Source: Planctomycetota bacterium
Lineage (GTDB): Bacteria; Planctomycetota; UBA1135; UBA2386
Reading direction: 5' to 3'
Length of the DNA: 64,000 nucleotides
Assembly: GCA_046290465.1 (NCBI GenBank)
Contig: JBKAGP010000001.1
Coordinates: 5,865,299 to 5,929,298, forward strand
Part shown: piece by piece, positions 18,694-26,422 of the stretch
How the letters are laid out: every line of letters starts with the position of its first letter
Position numbering within the stretch: the first letter of the stretch is position 1
Translations under genes and position numbers: made by a program
Notes under the pieces: generated by a model
Database searches by the model: none
What the model saw: only the letters and a program-made list of their open reading frames with translations
What the model was told of the DNA's origin: nothing

Positions 18694-19469
18694 AGACGTT
18701 CTCGTTGAAGGGGCGTCGCTGCCTGGTTACCGGCGGTGGTTCGGGCATCGGCGAGGGCATCGCGCACCGGCTGGCCGCCGCCGGCGCGGCCGTGGCGGTG
18801 GTCGGCCGCCGCCGCAAGAACCTCAACCGGGTCGTCAAGGACCTGCAGGCGAACAAGGCGACCGCGGTCGCCGTGACCGGCGACGTCACCGACGAGGCCG
18901 GCATCCGTCGCGCCGTCGACCGCGCCGCCAAGGCGCTCGGCGGCCTCGACGTGCTGGTCAACAACGCCGGCGTCGGCGGGCCGAACGCGTGTGCGCTCGA
19001 CGGCCCAGAGCGCTGGGACGAGGTCGTGCGGCCGAACCTCGACGGCGCGTTCTTCACGTCGCGGGCGGCGCTGAAGCACCTTCCCGACGGCGGCCGCATC
19101 GTCAACATCAGCTCGGTGCTCGGTCGCTTCGGCGTGCCGGGCTACACGGCCTACTGCGCCAGCAAGCACGGCGTCATCGGCCTGACCAAGGCGCTGGCGC
19201 TCGAGCTCGCGCCGCGCGAGATCACCGTCAACGCGATCTGCCCCGGCTGGGTCGATACCGACATGGCGACCGACGGCCTGCAGCTGATGGCCGACGGCAT
19301 GGGCATCGAGCTGGACGAGGCGCGGCGCCAGGCGATGGCGATGGTGCCACTGGGGCGCATCCTGCAGCCGGACGAGATCGGCGACCTGGTCATCTACCTC
19401 GCGTCGAAGGCGGCGCGCGGCATGACCGGCCAGGCGATCAGCCACTGCGGCGGCCAGGTCATGTGGTAG
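18690..19469 (+). CDS. Short-chain dehydrogenase/reductase (FabG-like)
   Basis: ORF 18690..19469, ATGA overlap with elbB. Motifs: VTGGGSGIGEGIA, NNAG and YCASKHG (YxxxK). Confidence 0.9.
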   Translation: MKTFSLKGRRCLVTGGGSGIGEGIAHRLAAAGAAVAVVGRRRKNLNRVVKDLQANKATAVAVTGDVTDEAGIRRAVDRAAKALGGLDVLVNNAGVGGPNACALDGPERWDEVVRPNLDGAFFTSRAALKHLPDGGRIVNISSVLGRFGVPGYTAYCASKHGVIGLTKALALELAPREITVNAICPGWVDTDMATDGLQLMADGMGIELDEARRQAMAMVPLGRILQPDEIGDLVIYLASKAARGMTGQAISHCGGQVMW

Positions 19470-19509
19470 CGCGAGCTGCCCGAATCGAGACTGCGACGAT
19501 GGCATCGGC

Positions 19510-19542
19510 CGAACGCCGCCGAGGCGTTCGCCGACCGGTCGG
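19510..19542 (+). terminator. Two consecutive GC hairpins after the SDR gene
   Basis: CGAACGCC-GCCGA-GGCGTTCG (8-bp stem, 19510..19530) is followed by the palindrome CCGACCGGTCGG (19531..19542). There is no clear T-tract. Confidence 0.35.
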
Positions 19543-19600
19543 CCTCTGATTCGCTGCAGGGTAGCCTTGCTCGCCGGGCTCCTGCCTCGGCACCAAGCCC

Positions 19601-20575
19601 ATGCGCCCTGCCGAGATCCTCTGCCTCGCCGCGTTCGCCGCCCTCGCCGGCTGTGCGTCGACGCCACCGTCCGTCGCGGACGAGTGGCGCGCCGACCAGC
19701 GTGCGCGGCTGTTGCGCGAGCACCGTGCCCGGTCGCTCGACGACGCGCTCATGGAGGTGATCGCGCGGGCCCCCTCTCCCTCCCGTCGTCCTGCGAGCCA
19801 GCAGGACCCCGAGCCCAAGAAGCTCGACCAACGCCTGCCGCAGCGGCAGGGGCACGGTCGGCGGTCGTTCCGCCACACGTGGCAGCCGCTGCAGGCGACG
19901 GTCGACGTGGGCGCGGGCAACGTCATGGCGCGCGCGAACGGAACCCGTCTGAATGACCGCACCGACGCGGTGTTCGCGCGCGCCCGGATCGACACCGGTA
20001 CCGGCGCCGCCCTGCATGCCGAGTACTGGGGCAGCGATCCCGAGCTGTTCCGCGGCTCGATGATCAACGACGGCGTCGCGCCCCGCATGGCCGACGCCGA
20101 ACTGTCGGGGTTCGACGTGTTCCCGCACGTCCGCTTCGACTGGCAGCCGGCCGAGCACTGGACCGTGCCGGTGCGGGTCGGCGCGTTCCTCGACTGGCAG
20201 CAGCTCGACCACCAGGCGGCGCGCGTCGAGCGCGAGTGGCTGTCGGTGGGGCCGAGGCTGGTGCTGGAGCCGACCTACCATGTGCTGCACGACGAACGCG
20301 CTTCGCTGCAGCTGTTCGGCCGCGTCGCCGGCGACGTCGGCCCGGCGTGGTTCGCCGAGGAGTTCGTCAACGGCGACGACCGCGACGTGACCGCGCGGTG
20401 GGCCGGCGAGGTCGGCTGTGGCGTGCGCGGCGTCTTCGGCGCGATGCACGCCGAGGTCGGCTACCGGCTGCAGCACGTGACGTTCGGCAGCAGCCAGGGC
20501 GATCTGTTCGGCTCGCCCTCGCGGACCGAGCTGCAGCGCCAGCAGCTGTTCGTCGGCTTCGGCCTGACCTACTGA
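19601..20575 (+). CDS. Putative outer-membrane beta-barrel lipoprotein
   Basis: ORF 19601..20575. Lipobox AALAGC, amphipathic strand-like segments in the C-terminal two thirds, and a terminal LFVGFGLTY (aromatic end typical of BAM substrates). Confidence 0.6.
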   Translation: MRPAEILCLAAFAALAGCASTPPSVADEWRADQRARLLREHRARSLDDALMEVIARAPSPSRRPASQQDPEPKKLDQRLPQRQGHGRRSFRHTWQPLQATVDVGAGNVMARANGTRLNDRTDAVFARARIDTGTGAALHAEYWGSDPELFRGSMINDGVAPRMADAELSGFDVFPHVRFDWQPAEHWTVPVRVGAFLDWQQLDHQAARVEREWLSVGPRLVLEPTYHVLHDERASLQLFGRVAGDVGPAWFAEEFVNGDDRDVTARWAGEVGCGVRGVFGAMHAEVGYRLQHVTFGSSQGDLFGSPSRTELQRQQLFVGFGLTY

Positions 20576-20595
20576 GCGCGGCGTCGGTGGTGGAC

Positions 20596-20652
20596 GGGCG
20601 CCGGCTCGATCTGGCCGGCGCCCGGTTCCAGCAGCTGCGGCGACCGCAGCTG
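20596..20652. terminator. Two strong hairpins between convergent genes
   Basis: GGGCGCCGGC-TCGATCTG-GCCGGCGCCC (10-bp stem, 20596..20623) and CAGCTGCGG-CGA-CCGCAGCTG (9-bp stem, 20632..20652). They sit between stops at 20575 and 20661. Confidence 0.5.
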
Positions 20653-20660
20653 CGGCCAAC

Positions 20661-23342
20661 CTAGTTGCGGATCAGCGCGCGGCCGCCGTCCGACGAGACG
20701 AAGCCGAGCGCGTTGGCCGCGGGATCCCACAGGTACCACTGGTGGAAGATCTCGAGGCCGAGCAGCGAGCCCTGGTTGGGCACGGTGATCGGACGCTGCG
20801 CGACGCCGGCGACGTTGGTCGTCGTCGCCTCGAGCACCTCGGCCGAGACCAGCAGGTCACAGTTGGGCGCGCCAGGGATCGCGAGCGGCAGCGGCTGGCC
20901 CTGCGAGAACTGGTCGCTGAGGCCGGACGCCAGCACCGCGAACGTCGACGGCGGGGCGCTGACGACGCTCGGCTGGTAGGTCACGCCGAGCTGCGGGGTG
21001 CCGATCACGCCCATCTTCGGGATCACGAAGTTGTTGGCGTTCTGGCAGGTGACGATCCACGACGGCCGCTGGATCAGGCCCGACTGGCTCCAGTTCGGCG
21101 TGCCGTTGGCGGGGTCGCGCCAGAAGCCGACGCCGGTGGCGCCGCTGGTCAGCGTGTTGAGGTAGACGTTGTTGCTCGACGTGTTGAAGCCGAGGTAGTA
21201 GGTGCCGGTGACCAGCACCGGCTGCGCGAACGTCGCCGTGTAGAAGCCGGGCGTCGCGCTGACCACGACGGTCGTGTTGGCGACCGGGGTGGCGGCGGGC
21301 TCGCCGTTGTCGTCAAGGTAGATGCTGGCCGGGACCGTGACGTTGCCGCCAGTGGTGCCGGTGTAGATCTGGAAGCCGGTGACCTCGTAGGTCGCCTGGT
21401 TCACCACCTGGTAGCAGTAGTCGTTGTCGCGGAGCGTGTTCGACAGCGTGCCGCCCGAGCCGTTGCGCACCGGGCAGTTGACCGCCGGCGCCGGGATCGA
21501 GCTCTCGCAGCCGGCGCCGAACGGCGCGAACGCCGGGACCTCCGGGTAGGGGATGCCCTTCTGGATCGAGGCGGCCTCGAGCTCCGAGTAGTGCGGCGTG
21601 CCGTTGAGCAGGTTGCCGTCGTCGTCGTCGGCGATGAACACCTCGAGCACCGCGTTCTCGCGGGTGGTGGCGTCGGCGACGATCGAGCCGAGCACGACGT
21701 CCTCCGAGATCTGGATCGCGGCGGCGGTGCCGACCGACGAGCGCAGCGCCTCGCGGAAGCGCCAGGCCCAGCCCATCCAGACCTCGCCGGCGCCGTGCGG
21801 CGACACGCCCGACGTGTACGGCCAGACGCGGTTGTTGTTGCCGTTGCGGATGCCCTGGCCGGGGCTCTGGAAGCCGCTGCCGAGGATCGGGCTGTCGACC
21901 TGGTACATCCCGATGATGTCGCCCCAGCCCTCGCTCAGGCCTTCGGCGACCGAGTTCGCGATGCCGCCGTAGCGGTCGTCGAGGCCGTGGCCCCACTCGT
22001 GCGCGACGACCGTCGAGAACGCGGTGTTCGAGCAGCCGCCGCCGGCCTGGTAGTAGTTGGTGTTGTTGCCGCCGTAGGTGGCGTTGCAGGTGTTGTTGAT
22101 GTTGACGTTGATGCCGACGTTGTCGGCGGTGTTGAGCTGCGACGTGTTGCCGAGGATCGAACGCGCCCACTCGTTGCTGCGGTCGGTCCAGTAGCTCGCC
22201 GTGGTGTGCGCGGCCTGCGCCGTCGACGCCGTCGACGACAGCAGCTGGATCGTCGCGTTGATACCCGGCTGCACCGTGACGCTGCCGCTCGGGGCGCTGC
22301 TGCCGCTGACCTGCGCGTGGTGGCGGCCGTTGAGGCCGTTGATCGTGATCGTCACCGGCGCGTTGATGTCGATGACGAACTCACCGTTGTCGTCGGTCTC
22401 GACCGCGCCGACGCCGGGCACCGACAGCTCGAGGCCGGGGAACGGGATGTTCTGCAGGCCGCTGAACGCGTCCGCGCCGGTGCGCGTCCACGCCATCACG
22501 GTGACCGTCGTCGGGATCGGCGCGGCCGGGTTCTCGACGACGCTCGGCGCCTCGATCAGCGTGACGCTCGGGCCGTCGACCTCGGGTCGGACCGGCTGGT
22601 AGCTGCAGCTGGACAGGCCGCAGTCGTGCTTGTCGTTCTGGAAGTGCAGCACGCGGCCGGTCTGCGCGTCGACGTAGTAGCGACCGAACTTGCCGGTGTC
22701 GCCGCCGTCGATCTGGTGCACCGCGACCTCCCAGGCGAGGAAGAACGGCGCCAGCTGCGGGCTGGTGGTGTCGCCCCAGATGACCAGCCGCGGGGCCGGT
22801 GCGTTGCCGTTCGGCTCGCCGCCGAGCGCGTCCCACGCGGTCGCCTGCGCGACCTCGGAGGGGATCGTCGGGATCGTGTTGAAGTTGGCCGGGATCGGCC
22901 AGGCGCGGCTGCCCATCATCGCGACGACGCCGCTCATGTTGATGCGCACGTCGGCGCGGCCTTCGATCACCGGGACGCCCTGGAAGACCTGGTCGAACGT
23001 GAACGACCAGGTGCGGCCCATGCGCGCGCCGATGATCTCCTGGAACGTCGAAGTGCCGAGGCCGAGCACGTCGGCGTGGTCGCGGAGCACGCGGTTGGCG
23101 TGCACGCGCGCCGCTTCGAGCGAGTTGCGGCCCCAGTCTTCGATCTTCAGGCCGGTGCCGTAGATCGTGCCGGGGGTGCCGGTGGCCGGATGCCACTTGA
23201 CGATCCAGCGGCCGCCCTGGGCCTGCTCGAATCGTTCGAAGACGGCCTTGCTCGTCAGCGGGGTGGTGGCGGGGGACTGCTCGTCTTGCGCGAGCAGGGA
23301 AGGTACGGCGAGGTACAGACTCGCCAGTGCGAGGTATCGCAT
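20661..23342 (-). CDS. Secreted zinc metalloprotease (HEXXH) with an N-terminal propeptide-like region, a pre-tail beta-rich domain and the shared C-terminal module
   Basis: ORF 20661..23342. Signal MRYLALASLYLAVPSLLAQ, propeptide-like FTFDQVFQGVPVIEGRADVRINMSG, active site VVAHEWGHGLDD. Tail: IPGAPNCDLLVS...ITVPNQGSLLGLEIFHQWYLWDPAANALGF. Confidence 0.8.
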   Translation of the reverse strand: MRYLALASLYLAVPSLLAQDEQSPATTPLTSKAVFERFEQAQGGRWIVKWHPATGTPGTIYGTGLKIEDWGRNSLEAARVHANRVLRDHADVLGLGTSTFQEIIGARMGRTWSFTFDQVFQGVPVIEGRADVRINMSGVVAMMGSRAWPIPANFNTIPTIPSEVAQATAWDALGGEPNGNAPAPRLVIWGDTTSPQLAPFFLAWEVAVHQIDGGDTGKFGRYYVDAQTGRVLHFQNDKHDCGLSSCSYQPVRPEVDGPSVTLIEAPSVVENPAAPIPTTVTVMAWTRTGADAFSGLQNIPFPGLELSVPGVGAVETDDNGEFVIDINAPVTITINGLNGRHHAQVSGSSAPSGSVTVQPGINATIQLLSSTASTAQAAHTTASYWTDRSNEWARSILGNTSQLNTADNVGINVNINNTCNATYGGNNTNYYQAGGGCSNTAFSTVVAHEWGHGLDDRYGGIANSVAEGLSEGWGDIIGMYQVDSPILGSGFQSPGQGIRNGNNNRVWPYTSGVSPHGAGEVWMGWAWRFREALRSSVGTAAAIQISEDVVLGSIVADATTRENAVLEVFIADDDDGNLLNGTPHYSELEAASIQKGIPYPEVPAFAPFGAGCESSIPAPAVNCPVRNGSGGTLSNTLRDNDYCYQVVNQATYEVTGFQIYTGTTGGNVTVPASIYLDDNGEPAATPVANTTVVVSATPGFYTATFAQPVLVTGTYYLGFNTSSNNVYLNTLTSGATGVGFWRDPANGTPNWSQSGLIQRPSWIVTCQNANNFVIPKMGVIGTPQLGVTYQPSVVSAPPSTFAVLASGLSDQFSQGQPLPLAIPGAPNCDLLVSAEVLEATTTNVAGVAQRPITVPNQGSLLGLEIFHQWYLWDPAANALGFVSSDGGRALIRN

Positions 23343-23501
23343 AGAACCAGTGACCTGAGGGGCGGGCGCTGGAACCGTGTCACCGAAGGGACCCGGTCGG
23401 TGGGTCGACCGTGGGGAACGGTCGGGGGGAGAGGAGCAGGGATACGCAGTATCGCCTCCAAGCGTAGCACGTGCAACGTGCCCGGGCGGCGCGGGTCCAC
23501 C

Positions 23502-24302
23502 TCAGGCGAGCAGTTCCATCACCCGCCCGCGGTTGCCGTCGGCGATGCGTTGTCCCGCAAGCGTCAGGTCCGACAGGATGCGCGCCCGCGTGCTCTCGGC
23601 GACCTCACGGGCGACGTCGACGTCCTCGATGCGGGCCCGCGCCTCCTCGGCGTGGATGCGTTCGGTCGCCAGCTGCTGCTCCTGCCGGGAGAACGTGTTG
23701 TCGAGCGCGCCGAGCTGTGCGCGCTGGTTGGACAGCCGGTCCTGAGCGGCGTCGAGCGCGGCGATCGAGCCCGGGTCCGACACGTCGAGTCCCTGCACGC
23801 CGAGCGCGGCCGCGCCGGCGTCGGCGATCTCGACGTCGGTGTCGCCGCCGTCGCCGTCGGTGATGCGGATCGCTCCCGCACCCTGGACCGATCCGTCGAG
23901 CAGGTTGCGCCCGCCGAAGTTCGCGCCGCGCGCGGTCTGGTCGAGCTGCGCGGCGAGCTGGTCGTACTCCTGCTGGATCACGTCGCGGTCGGCAGCCGAC
24001 AGCGTGCCGTTCTGGGCCTGGATGCCGAGTTCGCGCATCCGACCGATGGTGTCCTGGCTGGTCTGCAGCGACGCTTCCGCGGTGCGCACCAGGCTGCGCC
24101 CGTCGGCGAGGTTGCGCTCGCCCTGCGCGTTGCCGCGCACCGCGGCTTCGAGCCGCTTGCTGATCGCGAGGCCGGCGCTGTCATCGGCGGCGCGCACGAT
24201 GCGGCGGCCGGCGGCCAGCCGCTCACGCGTGCGCTCCTGCAGCGCTTCGAGCTGCTCGCGGTAGCGTTGCTGGTAGTCGGTGCGCTGGATCGAAAGGGTC
24301 AT
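23502..24302 (-). CDS. fliC: Flagellin (short, about 267 aa)
   Basis: ORF 23502..24356, start at MTLSIQ (24302). N-domain: ERLAAGRRIVRAADDSAGLAISKRLEAAVRGNAQGERNLADGRSLVRTAEASL...RMRELGIQAQNGTLSAADRDVIQQEY. C-domain: RLSNQRAQLGALDNTF...ARIEDVDVAREVAESTRARIL. Confidence 0.85.
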   Translation of the reverse strand: MTLSIQRTDYQQRYREQLEALQERTRERLAAGRRIVRAADDSAGLAISKRLEAAVRGNAQGERNLADGRSLVRTAEASLQTSQDTIGRMRELGIQAQNGTLSAADRDVIQQEYDQLAAQLDQTARGANFGGRNLLDGSVQGAGAIRITDGDGGDTDVEIADAGAAALGVQGLDVSDPGSIAALDAAQDRLSNQRAQLGALDNTFSRQEQQLATERIHAEEARARIEDVDVAREVAESTRARILSDLTLAGQRIADGNRGRVMELLA

Positions 24303-24346
24303 CGGCGTCGCTGCTCCTCGCCGGGTGTGCTGCCGGCCACTGCACG

Positions 24347-24374
24347 AAATCGGCACATCTCAGCGGGCCCTTGA
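24347..24374 (-). promoter_or_regulatory. Sigma-28 (FliA)-like promoter candidate for the flagellin gene
   Basis: The minus strand reads TCAAGGGC-N12-GCCGATTT, against the consensus TAAAGTTT-N11-GCCGATAA. It ends about 45 nt upstream of the flagellin ATG, and GAGGAG lies 11 nt before the ATG. Confidence 0.35.
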
Positions 24375-24415
24375 TCGAGGCGTCCCGGTCTGGGATCGGG
24401 GTAGCATTCGTCGCC

Positions 24416-26407
24416 ATGATCCGACCTCTCGCCCTCGTCGGTGCGCTTTGCGCGCTCGCCACCGCCCAGTCGCCGCTCGAGACGACGTTCCCGCCGCTGG
24501 CTGGCCAGAACCAGTTCGTGGTGACCAACACCCCGACCCCGATCACCGGCCTGTTCGACCTGACGGTGACCGAACCGCAGGGCGTCGTGCTGACGTCGGT
24601 CGACCTGCAGATCAACACCACGCACGGCACCAACGGCCAGTTCGCGGTGTGGCTGACCGCGCCCGGCAGCAGCCACGTCGGCAACGAGCAGAACCCGGCG
24701 GCGTGGACGCTCGCGTCGACCGCAGCGCTGGTCCACAACGGCGGCCGGGTCACCTTCCAGCTGCAGACGCCGATCGCGCTCGGGCCGGCGACCTACGGGG
24801 TCGCGTTCCACATGATCGAGGCCAACCCGGCCTACTGGGGCGGTGCGACCTCGGGCACGCTGCCGCCGACCTACGCCAACAACGAGCTGACGATCGACCT
24901 GAGCGCGGGCCGCATGCGCACGTCGGACGCGCTCGACCCGTTCGCCGTCGGTGGCAACGGCTTCTCGCCGCGGCAGATGTCGATGGGCCTCGCCTACACG
25001 GTCGGCTCGACCAGCGTCGACTTCTCGTCGGACGTCACCGGCGGCGGCTCGCCGCTGGCGGTGCAGTTCACGTCGATCGCGACGTCGGGCGCGCCGGGCG
25101 GGATCCTCGCCTACATCTGGGACTTCGACGGCGACAACAACCCGGACTCGACGGCGCCCAACCCGACGCACACCTACACGCAGTGCGGCACCTACACGGT
25201 CAGCCTGTCGATCGTCGACGCGACCGGCACGTTCACCGAGACCAAGGTCGACTACATCGTCACCGACGTGGTCACGCCGTCCTTCACCAACGAACTGATC
25301 GCGCCGGGCGTGGTGCAGTTCACCGATACGTCGACGCCGACGCCGACCAGCTGGGACTGGGACCTCGACGGCGACGGGCTGGTCGACTCCAACCTGCAGA
25401 ACCCGACCTTCACCTACCCCAACCTCTGTGACGAGATCACCGTGTCGTTGACGGCGACGCGGCTGTGCCAGCCGCCGGTGACGGTGACGCGCACGATCGC
25501 CGCGGCCTCGACGGTCGAGACGACGTTCCAGGGCGGCCTGATCACCGCCACCGGGGCGACCGGCGCGGCCAACTACTTCGACGTCGCGGTGCAGAACCCG
25601 TTCGGCGTGACGCTGTGCGGCATGCACGTCAACACCGGCCTCGCCGCCGGCACGCCGCTGACGGTCAACCTCTACCAGACCGAGACGAGCTACGTCGGCA
25701 AGACCGACGACGCGACGCAGTGGCGCCTGATCGCCAGCGAGACCGTCAACGCGGTCGGAGGCGCGCGCACGTTCGTGCCGTTCGGTGCGCCGGTGCACCT
25801 CGCCACCGGCAGCTTCGGCCTGTGCATGGAGCACGTCGGGGCGTCGCCGACCTACACCAACCTCGGCGGTCCGCTGGTGGTCGGCAACGCCGACCTGACG
25901 CTGACCGCGGGCCTGACCCAGGCCGAGCCGGTGTTCGACCCGCTGTCGACGACCTGGTCGCCGCGCGTCGCCAACGTCGCGCTGCACTACTCGACGACCC
26001 AGTCCAACAGCACCGCCGGTTACGGCTACGTGGGCTCGGGCTGCGCCGGCACGCTCGGCGTGCCGACCAACGTGTCGACGACGCAGCCGGTGCTCGGTGG
26101 CCAGGCGACGATCACGATCGACAACCTGCCGACCAACATCGGCGTCATGCTGCTCGGCATCGCCCGCAGCACGCCGCCGCTCGACCTCGGCTTCCTCGGC
26201 ATGCCCGGCTGTCCGCTGCACCACAGCGGCGACGTGCTGCAGACGATCGTCGGTGCGGCGAACACCGCGGTGTTCCCGTTCCCGGTGCCGAACAACGTCG
26301 TGTTCATCGGCTCGCAGTTCTACACGCAGGCGGCCAGCCTGGACCCGGGCGTCAACCAGCTCGGCCTGGCGCTGTCGGACGCGGCGGTGATGCTCGTTGG
26401 GCAGTAG
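24416..26407 (+). CDS. Secreted protein: duplicated ~170-aa beta-rich domain, two PKD domains and the shared C-terminal module
   Basis: ORF 24371..26407, start at MIRPLALVGALCALATAQ (24416). PKD motifs: WDFDGDNNPDSTAPNPTHTYTQCGTYTVSLSIVD and WDWDLDGDGLVDSNLQNPTFTY. Tail: GSGCAGTLGVP...GMPGCPLHH...FPVPNNVVFIGSQFYTQAASLDPGVNQLG. Confidence 0.8.
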   Translation: MIRPLALVGALCALATAQSPLETTFPPLAGQNQFVVTNTPTPITGLFDLTVTEPQGVVLTSVDLQINTTHGTNGQFAVWLTAPGSSHVGNEQNPAAWTLASTAALVHNGGRVTFQLQTPIALGPATYGVAFHMIEANPAYWGGATSGTLPPTYANNELTIDLSAGRMRTSDALDPFAVGGNGFSPRQMSMGLAYTVGSTSVDFSSDVTGGGSPLAVQFTSIATSGAPGGILAYIWDFDGDNNPDSTAPNPTHTYTQCGTYTVSLSIVDATGTFTETKVDYIVTDVVTPSFTNELIAPGVVQFTDTSTPTPTSWDWDLDGDGLVDSNLQNPTFTYPNLCDEITVSLTATRLCQPPVTVTRTIAAASTVETTFQGGLITATGATGAANYFDVAVQNPFGVTLCGMHVNTGLAAGTPLTVNLYQTETSYVGKTDDATQWRLIASETVNAVGGARTFVPFGAPVHLATGSFGLCMEHVGASPTYTNLGGPLVVGNADLTLTAGLTQAEPVFDPLSTTWSPRVANVALHYSTTQSNSTAGYGYVGSGCAGTLGVPTNVSTTQPVLGGQATITIDNLPTNIGVMLLGIARSTPPLDLGFLGMPGCPLHHSGDVLQTIVGAANTAVFPFPVPNNVVFIGSQFYTQAASLDPGVNQLGLALSDAAVMLVGQ

Positions 26408-26422
26408 CGTAGAGTGCGCGGC

